NCBI GenBank assembly: GCA_052426225.1
Contig: JBNJNM010000023.1
Span: 1 to 64,000 of the forward strand
Direction of reading: 5' to 3'
DNA: 64,000 nucleotides
Origin: Zancudomyces culisetae HAW-14-8
Lineage: Eukaryota; Fungi; Kickxellomycota
This document shows, piece after piece, positions 12,413 to 20,997 of this stretch; within the stretch, counting starts at the first letter, position 1; each line of letters begins with the position of its first letter. The notes below the pieces were generated by a model, which was not told where the DNA came from, did not search any database, and saw nothing but the letters and a program-made list of their open reading frames with translations. The position numbers and the translations under genes were made by a program.

Positions 12413-14018
12413 CAGTGACTCAAAAAATTGTTCAAATGTTTTTGATGTTCATTAAAAATTTATTATATCTCGCGAATACTATATCGTATCACTATAAATT
12501 TTACAATCATTATACATCCATATACCGTGTATTACCTATCAAAATTTTAGTATACTTGAACCAGCCAATCAACTGTAGTTAACTTTTTGTAAAAATATTT
12601 TATTTGAACAAATTTTTTGCTAATACTAAAAAAATATATAAACGTAATTAAACTAGTATTTAGTATATCCACCCCTAGCTTTCAATACAGCATTAATTCT
12701 TGATGGCTGCTACTGATTAGCGACATACACTCGTCACGTGATATCTTATTCCACTCGTCTTGTACGCGGTCCCAATGTTCGTTCATCCATTTTGGTGCAT
12801 TTTCGTGATTTGACAGCCGTCTTTTCAAATTGACCCATAGATGTTCAATTGGATTTAGGTCAGGTGACTGCGCTGGCCATTCAAGCATCTGAATTGAGTT
12901 AGTTTGCAACCATTCTTTAGTAATTTTCGCGGTGTGTTTTGGATCGTTATGATGCTGAAAAATCGTACTTTCCCTGTCTAAGTCGTACCACTCCATTGAT
13001 TTTACCTGTTCGTCTTCAGAATATCACAGTACATTTCTGCATTAAGTCCGCAATCAATTTTAGTAAGATATCCTGGGCCTTCTGAAGTCATGCATCCCCA
13101 TATCATGATTGAACCTCCATCATGTTTTATATTTTTTTTAACATGGTTCGGTTTTAACTGGCTCCCTTGTTTTATCCAGCACCACATGCGCCCATCTGAC
13201 CCAAATCTGTTAATTTTAGTCTTGTCAGACCATATCACACGTTACCAGTCTACTACAGTCCAATGCTGATATTTTTAGCAAATGCAAGTCGTTGTTTAAT
13301 ATGGCCAAATTTTAGCATAGGTTATTTGACCTTAGGTTTTGCACTTAAACCATTTTTATTCAAGCTATTCCGCACTGTTTGATGAACCACAGATACGAGA
13401 CCATTATCCTTGAGAAATTTTGTTGTTTCAGTCGCTGTATCAAATTGTCCAGACGTAATTTTCCGAATTATTAATCGCTCATTTGCTTTTGTCAATTTAT
13501 TTGGGCTGCCAGGTGATAAATTTTTTATTGATGGACGATACTTTTTTTTATGTTAGATATTGTCCCTTTACTAATAGATAATTTAGATGCAATTTGGATA
13601 TATGAGTATCCATTATCCAGCAGATTTATAACACTCCAAAATTTTTCATTATTGAGTTTTTTGATTGAATTTAAATTGATCAAAAATTTATATTTTTATA
13701 GTATGATGATTGTGTAATAATTGTAAGTTATATCTAGTAACTTATAAAATTTTTAAATGATATCTTACATAATGAAAAAGATATCATCAAAATTTTTAAA
13801 TTTTATTTAAAACCAAATAATTGTTCAAATAAAATATTATTACAAAAAGTATAACTACAGTTGATTGGCTGGTTCAAGTATTCTAAAATTTTGATAGGTA
13901 ATTCATGGTATATTAATGTAGAATATTTGAAAATTCATAGTGATACGAATAGTATTCGTGAAATATAATAATTTAATAATGCACATCAAAATCATTTGAA
14001 CAATTTTTTGAGTCACTG
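12413..14018 (-). mobile_element. Tc1/mariner DNA transposon (DD34E), defective
   Basis: ~205-bp TIRs starting CAGTGACTCAAAAAATTGTTCAAAT; TA TSD at 12411-12412 and 14019-14020. Confidence 0.95.
12653..13670 (-). pseudogene. Tc1-type transposase pseudogene
   Basis: WSDKT, GGSIMIWGCM, FQHHNDPKH (second catalytic D changed to H), SPDLNPIEHLW with D34E spacing, C-terminal GGYTKY; frameshifts. Confidence 0.9.
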
Positions 14019-14380
14019 TATTTTTAATATGTTTAGTTGAATGAAATGATAACTTATTAAAATTATGCGAACTTCCAGATACAATTATGTGTGTGTACCA
14101 ATCTTTATTATAAATCGTAAATTCTTTCCTAGATACTATTTTATCGATTAATCCATTACCTTAAAATTTGGTAAAAAATTAAATCGATAAAACGAGTGTT
14201 TAAATTTAGAAACTTTATACGTAATGATGTGTGTAATGACAGACATCACTGTATAATTTTTATAAAATATGTATAATAACTAAATATAATAAATTTAAAC
14301 CATACATAAACTGATGTCCCCTGTTTCCTGATGAATCTTTACCATCGTTGAGCTAGGTAAGGGTGGGAATTGGGTGGGAC

Positions 14381-14473
14381 ATAATTGTATCTGGATGTTC
14401 GCATAATAATAATAAGTTTTCATTTCATTCAACTAAACATGTTATTATGCTTCACTTATCTAGATACAATTAT
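14381..14473. other. DIRS internal complementary region (ICR)
   Basis: 14381-14440 is the reverse complement of 14029-14088; 14441-14473 is the reverse complement of ~23754-23786. Confidence 0.88.
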
Positions 14474-14858
14474 GTAGCTTCAGAGTTCAAGATAAATTGA
14501 GTTAAATTTTCACGAGGTCTACGATAAAATTGATAATAAGTATTAAATATACCTTTACTTGCCCAAAATTCTTGTGCAATAACATCGTCGTATGTCGCAC
14601 CTAGCTTTGTAGCTCTAGTAGATCCTAATGCTCGAGCTTTTGGTAACTTTGCGCTTTCTGGCAACTGCAAGAGTGACATCAATGAATTAATATGTTTACT
14701 GATTCGTTGTGCCCCAATGTGTTTGTCGTTATACTTTAAGTTGCGGATAAGGTAGTGCAATTGTACTCCATCGAGGATCGGATGGTTTGCAACACTCGGA
14801 AAAGTTGCAATGCGTTTTTTAATTGCTCTGTATGTTACTACAGGACATAATTTATAGT
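14470..14858 (-). pseudogene. DIRS tyrosine recombinase, C-terminal half
   Basis: In frame with the N-half after removing 14859-20082: ..HAHSDY|KLCPVVTY..PKARALGST..FW..FNTYY. Confidence 0.9.
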
Positions 14859-15160
14859 TGTCAAGGTCTGGACTTGGATAAAATATATTTATTAGTAAAC
14901 TAGACTATAAGTGAATAAACTAAACGAAACTAAACTCGTTGTAAAACTTATCGTTCCATCATGATAATCGTATAGCTTATATACTTTTCATGATGGGACG
15001 ATAATTTTAAAATTATACTAATTTAAAACATAACTAAAACATAACTAAAACATTTAAATTAATAATGTGGAGGTCGGTAAATGTTATGGTTATAATTGAT
15101 AAATTATATGAAACATTGTCCTGTGGAGACAAAGGTTTCATATAATTTAAAACCATAACA
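14859..15160 (-). repeat. 3' LTR of Ty3/gypsy element 2
   Basis: TG..CA ends; matches 19781-20082. Confidence 0.97.
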
Positions 15161-15205
15161 CTACCCCCCCCTTTAGACTTGAGTATTTATAACTGTATAG
15201 GCCTC

Positions 15206-15359
15206 GGGCCTCAATGGCATAGTCGGTATGTCTCATGATTGTGGTCTGGTGAATGCGAGTTCGAGTCATTGCTGAATCCTTTAGGTGGTAATGATGCAGG
15301 ATATTGATTCAATTTTGCCAATCATAATGATGGCCGAGGTTCGATTCCTCGGGGGTCCA
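15206..15359 (+). ncRNA. tRNA-like Pol III cassette (possibly His-GTG derived, with extended anticodon arm or intron), antisense inside the retrotransposon
   Basis: A box TGGCATAGTCGG (15215). B box GGTTCGATTCC in a perfect T arm CGAGG-TTCGATT-CCTCG. Acceptor stem GGGCCTC/GGGGTCC plus discriminator A. D stem GCAT/ATGT. ATGATTG/CAATCAT pairing encloses ~75 structured nt. T24 run at 15365-15388. Confidence 0.65.
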
Positions 15360-15364
15360 TCTTA

Positions 15365-15388
15365 TTTTTTTTTTTTTTTTTTTTTTTT
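15365..15388 (+). terminator. Oligo-T tract (putative Pol III terminator), overlapping the pol stop codon on the other strand
   Basis: 24 T residues starting 6 nt after the tRNA-like 3' end. Confidence 0.55.
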
Positions 15389-18300
15389 ATGGTTTGTAAG
15401 GATGATTCTTGTGGTATAAATTAAGTAGGCGGTCACAGTTTAAATTCTCACTAGGTTCCCAAGATCGTTCAGCTGCGCTATGTCCTTTCCAATCAACCAA
15501 GTACTCGATTTTGTTGTATCGTTTTCTTGAATCGAGTATTTTTGCTACTTCGTATTCATTTTGTCCTTCGACTGTGATTGCTGGAGGTGGTTCCTTGACT
15601 CGTCCTGGAATTTCATTAGGTTTGTATGGTTCCAATAGCGAAATATGAAATGTAGGATGAATCTTCATCGACTCTGGTAATTCTAGTTTATAAGCTACTT
15701 TTCCTATCCTTTTTAATACTTTGAATGGTCCAAGAAATTGGTGGTCTAACTTCTTTGATGGTCTGTCAGTTTTTATATTCTTTGCATTTAACCACACTAG
15801 ATCGTTTGGCTTGATTTCAGGTCCACTTGTTCTTTTCCTATCCGCGTATAACTTAGATTTTTTGTTAGAATTATATAAATTAGTTTTTAATAATGTATTT
15901 ATTTTTCTTAAGTTATTTATGTGTTCATCTGCTTCGGGTACTTGTGTAGTTGATAATTTGATTGTAGTGAAGTTCGGGTGATATCCCATGAGACTGTAAA
16001 ACGGCGATGACTTTGTAGATGAGTGTTTAGAATTATTATACGAAAACTCTGCCATAGGTAATAGCGTGTCCCAATTATCTTGTTGATAAGAGATAAAAGC
16101 TCTAAGGTATTGTTCGAGAGTTTGGTTTGTTCTTTCTGACTGACCGTCAGTTTCTGGATGGAATGCTGAAGAGAGTTTAGATTTTATTTTCAGTAGTTTT
16201 AGTAATCTTTGCCAAAACTTTGAAGTAAATTGGCTACCTCGGTCAGTGATTATTTCTTCTGGTAATCCATAGTTAGAGAAAATATGTTTCAGGAAGATGT
16301 CAGCAGTTTGTTGCGCAGTGGGAAGTTTCTTGATAGGCACGAATTTAGCCATCTTTGTAAACCGGTCTACCATTACTAGTATAGTTGTATACCCGTTGGA
16401 TGGTGGTAACTCTACAATAAAATCCATTGTAACTGATTTCCACGGACCTGATGGAACTGGTAAAGGTGTTAGTAATCCAAACTTTCTGTGTCGAGGTATT
16501 TTTGTTCTTTTACAGATATCGCATGTTTCTATATATTTCCTTACATAGTTATTCATATCAGGGAACCAAAATGTGCGACGTAACAGGTCTAAAGTTTTCT
16601 TAATTCCATAGTGTCCAGCAGTTGTTGAATCATGGTGCATCTTGATAACATCCAGCCTAGTGCTTTCTGGTAAATATATTCTTTCTTTGTACTTTATTAT
16701 TCCATTGTCAATTCGATATATCGGTTGTTTATCATTATTTGATTTGGTCGGTAAATTTATTTTTTTCAGTAACTTAATTGCATATTTGTCTTTCTTAGAC
16801 TCGTTTAGGATTTTAGATAATATAGGGTTATGTGGCTGGATAATTGCGTAAAGGAAGTTGGTATTGCGAAAGATGTTTTTAGGTAGTGGAGGACCTTGTT
16901 GGTATTCAGATCTTCTAGACAGTGCGTCAGGTTTGCCACCCTCAGTTCCCGGTCTGTATGTAATAAGGAAGTTATATCGTGATAGCGTAAGTGACCATCT
17001 TGCGTGCCGTCGGTTTAAGGTTTGAGCATTCTTAAAGTGTTCTAGATTTTTGTGATCCGTATATACAATTGTAGTTTGCTGTGTACCTTCGAGGTAATGT
17101 CTCCATTCTTTCATTGCTGTAACAATGGCAAGCATTTCCTTATCGTAGATGTCGTAATTGATTTCCGCTGGGGTGAACTTTCTAGAGTAGTATGCAACAG
17201 GTCTTAATTCATTATCTTCATCATACTGCGATAATATTGCTCCCATAGCGTAATCCGAAGCGTCAGTCTCCACGATATATTGTTTGTCATGGTTAGGATA
17301 AGAGAGTAAAGGTAATCCAGCTAGATGTCTAATGAGTGTAGTAAACGAATTCTGTTCTTCGTTGTTCCATTTAAATGCTATATCCTTTTTTAGTAAATTT
17401 GTTAAGGGTAACGCGATGTTTGCCATATTTGGGATAAATTTTCTGTAATAGTTTACAAAACCTAAGAATACTTGTATATCTTTAATTGTTTTTGGTATTT
17501 CCCAGTCGATCAACTTGGCTACTTTTTGGGGATCAGATGTTATACCTTTTTGGCTTATTACGTGGCCTAAGAAATCGATCGATGTTTGGTGGAATTTACA
17601 TTTTTCTAGTTTTGCATACAGTTTGTTTTCCTTGAGTATTTTTAGTATTGTTCTTACATGGCTGTAGTGTTCCTCTAGACTAGATGAAAATATAAGTATG
17701 TCGTCAAGGTATGCAATAGCATATATATCCAGTGCTTCTCTGAGTATATCATTCATAAACGTCTGGAATGTGGCTGGGGCATTAGTGAGCCCGAATGGCA
17801 TCACCCTGTATTCATATAAACCGTATCTGCATCTGAAAGCAGTCTTCCATTCATCACCAGGTCTGATTCGTACTAGGTTATATGCTCCTCTTAAGTCTAA
17901 TTTGGTGAAGTATTTTGCCTTACTTAGATGATCGAACGATTCATCTATTCTCGGTAAAGGGTATATATTTTTTGCTGTTATTTCGTTTATCTTTCGATAA
18001 TCAACACAAGGGCGTAGGCCACCGTCCTTTTTATCTACAAACATTATTGGTGCTCCTATTTGTGACTTTGATTTAACTATAAAACCCTTTTTTAAATTTT
18101 CTTGGATGTAATCGTACAGTGCTTGTGACTCGACAACCGACAATGGGTATATGGGTCCCATTTTCGGTAATATGTTTGACGTTAATTCTATTGGGCAATC
18201 ATAACTTCTGTTTGGTGGTAATCTGTCTGCTTCGACTGGATCAAATACCGATTGTAAATCATGATATTGTGGTGGAATATGTATAGGATCTGCGGAGTTG

Positions 18301-19034
18301 GATGTGTTGACGTTATCCGTATTGATGGAAAATGGTACTGGGTGATTGCTTTCGGTTTGGGTTTTATTTATGGGCTCAGACGGGGCATCATAGAATTCTT
18401 CATCTGAAGAAATATCTGGGCTACTAGGTCTATCTGCCTCGATATCAGAATGTTCATGAATTGGGGCTCTGAATACAGCATCTATTCTCTTTGGATTGCT
18501 AATACAGTTGTGTACACAGTAATTGGAGTTGAAAGATAATGAATGATTAATCCAGTGTATTTGTGGATTATGTTTACGTAACCAAGGTAATCCCAAGACT
18601 ATGGCTATATCAATTGAGTTTATAGGTAGTAATGATATTTCTTCACAGTGGTTATTAGATAATGTTAGTGTAAACCCAATACAAGTTTCAGTTATGGGTG
18701 ATCCAGTTATTTTATTACCGTCGATGGTTTCTAACTCGATGTGTTGTGATATTGGTTTTCTGGGAAGGTTTAATCTTTTAGCTAACTTCTCCTGAATAAA
18801 GTTTCCTGTGGCACCGGAGTCAATTAGTGCCATTATTGGGACCGTAATGTTGTTATAAGATAACTTTATTGGAAAAGTGAATTTCCTTAAACTGTCAGTA
18901 AGATTATTAACGCTAAATAGGTAACGAGAACCCAGTAATAACTTCCCAGGTATTACTGAGTGTGGACTTTTCCCGACTGAGTTTTGTTTGGACAGCGAAT
19001 AGCTATATGTCCTTGATTTCCACAATACATGCAT
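15387..19034 (-). CDS. Pol polyprotein (PR-RT-RNaseH-IN-chromodomain), probably expressed by -1 frameshift from gag
   Basis: 1215-aa open frame with LIDSGAT, YLDD, ETDASD, HHCC/DDE integrase, GPF, and C-terminal chromodomain YEVAKILD..YLVDWKG..SWEP. Confidence 0.97.
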   Translation of the reverse strand: MHVLWKSRTYSYSLSKQNSVGKSPHSVIPGKLLLGSRYLFSVNNLTDSLRKFTFPIKLSYNNITVPIMALIDSGATGNFIQEKLAKRLNLPRKPISQHIELETIDGNKITGSPITETCIGFTLTLSNNHCEEISLLPINSIDIAIVLGLPWLRKHNPQIHWINHSLSFNSNYCVHNCISNPKRIDAVFRAPIHEHSDIEADRPSSPDISSDEEFYDAPSEPINKTQTESNHPVPFSINTDNVNTSNSADPIHIPPQYHDLQSVFDPVEADRLPPNRSYDCPIELTSNILPKMGPIYPLSVVESQALYDYIQENLKKGFIVKSKSQIGAPIMFVDKKDGGLRPCVDYRKINEITAKNIYPLPRIDESFDHLSKAKYFTKLDLRGAYNLVRIRPGDEWKTAFRCRYGLYEYRVMPFGLTNAPATFQTFMNDILREALDIYAIAYLDDILIFSSSLEEHYSHVRTILKILKENKLYAKLEKCKFHQTSIDFLGHVISQKGITSDPQKVAKLIDWEIPKTIKDIQVFLGFVNYYRKFIPNMANIALPLTNLLKKDIAFKWNNEEQNSFTTLIRHLAGLPLLSYPNHDKQYIVETDASDYAMGAILSQYDEDNELRPVAYYSRKFTPAEINYDIYDKEMLAIVTAMKEWRHYLEGTQQTTIVYTDHKNLEHFKNAQTLNRRHARWSLTLSRYNFLITYRPGTEGGKPDALSRRSEYQQGPPLPKNIFRNTNFLYAIIQPHNPILSKILNESKKDKYAIKLLKKINLPTKSNNDKQPIYRIDNGIIKYKERIYLPESTRLDVIKMHHDSTTAGHYGIKKTLDLLRRTFWFPDMNNYVRKYIETCDICKRTKIPRHRKFGLLTPLPVPSGPWKSVTMDFIVELPPSNGYTTILVMVDRFTKMAKFVPIKKLPTAQQTADIFLKHIFSNYGLPEEIITDRGSQFTSKFWQRLLKLLKIKSKLSSAFHPETDGQSERTNQTLEQYLRAFISYQQDNWDTLLPMAEFSYNNSKHSSTKSSPFYSLMGYHPNFTTIKLSTTQVPEADEHINNLRKINTLLKTNLYNSNKKSKLYADRKRTSGPEIKPNDLVWLNAKNIKTDRPSKKLDHQFLGPFKVLKRIGKVAYKLELPESMKIHPTFHISLLEPYKPNEIPGRVKEPPPAITVEGQNEYEVAKILDSRKRYNKIEYLVDWKGHSAAERSWEPSENLNCDRLLNLYHKNHPYKP
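18931..18974 (-). promoter_or_regulatory. -1 frameshift signal: slippery GGGAAAA plus downstream stem-loop
   Basis: G GGA AAA in the gag frame (plus-strand 18968-18974). Hairpin CTCAGTAATA..TATTACTGGG begins 7 nt downstream (18931-18960). pol lies in the -1 frame. Confidence 0.7.
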
Positions 19035-19753
19035 AACCCAAGAGCTCTGCGTCTGTCCTTTTCTTCTTGAGAGAGATGTGGTCGCTGTTTGGTAACTAGT
19101 GCGTCTATTTCCATAGGTTCACCAGGTGGAAGGTCATCATGCATAGTACTTTGAACAGGTTCTGCTTTAGTTGTTGGTCTCTGAAATGATGAATTATAAT
19201 AACCCGGAGCGCTTCTTAACATTCGTCGATTGGAAAGGCGGTTATCAACTTTTACAGCTAGAGCTATAGTGTCCTCCAGTTTTATAGGCATATCATTCAT
19301 CATAAGAAAGTTCATGACATTGTCATTTAGTCCTCTTAAGAACTGGTCAATTAGTGCAGCTTGGTCAAATCCGCTGATTCTGGCTGAAGTCCTGAATTCG
19401 GCAGCATAGTTAGCCACGCTTCTTGGCCCTTGTTTACATCTACGTAATTCTCCTCTAGCTCTTATTTCTTGGCTGGGGTCTGAAAAATTCTTCTTAAATA
19501 ATTCCAAAAACTGAGCATAGTTTGCGAGGTCTGTTGATTTTTCCTCGATGAGCGAGTTAAACCATATGGCTGTGGGTCCTGTTAAGTGTGCGCCAATAAA
19601 TACTATTTTGTTTTTTTCAGTCTTGAATAGATCTCCACGTGCCCAAAAATAAAGCTCAATGCTTGACATGAAGGCTTGGAATTCTGAAGGTTTCCCACTA
19701 AAACGTGGAGCGTCTGGAAGTTTAATGCTTGACTCGGTGAATATACTTGACAT
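18953..19753 (-). CDS. Gag (Ty3/gypsy)
   Basis: ATG at 19753 (MSSIF..); PRFSG capsid motif, QGPRSVANY, PMEID, CMYCGNQGHIAIRC knuckle. Confidence 0.95.
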   Translation of the reverse strand: MSSIFTESSIKLPDAPRFSGKPSEFQAFMSSIELYFWARGDLFKTEKNKIVFIGAHLTGPTAIWFNSLIEEKSTDLANYAQFLELFKKNFSDPSQEIRARGELRRCKQGPRSVANYAAEFRTSARISGFDQAALIDQFLRGLNDNVMNFLMMNDMPIKLEDTIALAVKVDNRLSNRRMLRSAPGYYNSSFQRPTTKAEPVQSTMHDDLPPGEPMEIDALVTKQRPHLSQEEKDRRRALGLCMYCGNQGHIAIRCPNKTQSGKVHTQ

Positions 19754-19780
19754 GGTATCTTGAAGAGAAGTTTTACAAAC

Positions 19781-20082
19781 TGTCAAGGTCTGGACTTGGA
19801 TAAAATATATTTATTAGTAAACTAGACTATAAGTGAATAAACTAAACGAAACTAAACTCGTTGTAAAACTTATCGTTCCATCATGATAATCGTATAGCTT
19901 ATATACTTTTCATGATGGGACGATAATTTTAAAATTATACTAATTTAAAACATAACTAAAACATAACTAAAACATTTAAATTAATAATGTGGAGGTCGGT
20001 AAATGTTATGGTTATAATTGATAAATTATATGAAACATTGTCCTGTGGAGACAAAGGTTTCATATAATTTAAAACCATAACA
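19781..20082 (-). repeat. 5' LTR of Ty3/gypsy element 2
   Basis: TG..CA ends; TATATAAG box on the minus strand at ~19898-19905. Confidence 0.97.
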
Positions 20083-20997
20083 ATAGTCGCTATGTGCGTG
20101 GATTATACTGACCTTTTCAATCGGATTTCCACTTCGCTTTTCTTTTGGTCCAACAATAACAAATTTAACATAATCTTTATTGATTTCCGTCTTTGAATCA
20201 TCGATTCGTTCAATGTCAGAAGGTCTCAAAAATCCACAAATTGCTAGCAACCAACAAAATTTAATTGTTAAATTTTGCTTGCTCATTTTAAAATTTGAAC
20301 CAAAATTTTTAATATGTTCGATAATCGGATTAATATCGTAGTTAGGGTTGTTAAAAGATCGAACTGAAGTTGAATCGAGCTGTTTTAAATAATCAATCAT
20401 CAAAATATCGCTGCTAAATGTTCGCCATTCTGCATTAATATCGATGATAGCAGACTTGTAGTTTTTTATAGTACCAACTTTTAAATTGTTACTAATACGA
20501 TGTTCATCAAGGAAATTGATAACATCAACAACTGATACGTTATTAATGTCAAGTTTTGCAGACTCTAACCACTTAATAAACTTTACCTTGATGTTGTAAT
20601 ATTGTTTTTGTTTTGCCATATTTCGTTTACCAGTTGTCATTAACGTGATAACTGAATCTTTTAAACTCGTTTTTTCAAGGCGTGCGCGCTTAATTTCCAA
20701 GCCGTAAGCGACCATGTTTTGTTTATCTGTGTCACTTGCTTTCCGCTTTTTGGATCCGGAATTATCTGTGGAGCTAATATCTTGATCGGTGGAGCTATTA
20801 GCATGCTCTTGAGGTCTGGATACCATGGTGCTGACCTCCAAAACGGTGTTATCAATGTCGCTGATACTTTGTCCTGTCTGATCTTCTGTAGTGTTTTCTG
20901 TATCAGATTCCATGGTGGACAAAGGTATGGATTCGTCCAAATGCTCCAATGATGATTGAATGCATTCGTTTTCGCTGCTCCTGGTGTCCATTTCCAA
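20083..20997 (-). pseudogene. DIRS tyrosine recombinase, N-terminal half (disrupted by the Ty3 insertion)
   Basis: Integrase N-domain-like segment (TIKNYKSAI), GFLRPSD catalytic Arg, GPKEKR. The ORF-track tail beyond 20083 is LTR sequence. Confidence 0.88.

Larger units (their letters stand above)
14859..20082 (-). mobile_element. Intact, very young Ty3/gypsy chromovirus (Tf1/sushi-like)
   Basis: 302-bp LTRs 14859-15160 and 19781-20082 that read as identical. TSD ATAGT at 14854-14858 and 20083-20087. PPT AAAGGGGGGGG on the minus strand at ~15164-15174. gag and pol are intact. Confidence 0.97.

Noticed and set aside
15206-15359. tRNA-Sec or a standard functional tRNA
   Set aside because: A TTCAA and a 6-bp D-stem alternative exist, but there is no long variable arm or 9/4 acceptor-T geometry. 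Spacing anomalies also argue against a canonical tRNA, so it is kept as tRNA-like.
15206-15388. tRNA-derived SINE insertion
   Set aside because: The tail is oligo-T on the tRNA strand (terminator-like) rather than poly-A, and no TSD is visible.
15409-18795. Plus-strand ORFs antisense to pol (and similar ones over the 49.8-58.7 kb genes)
   Set aside because: Short shadow frames with no recognisable motifs.
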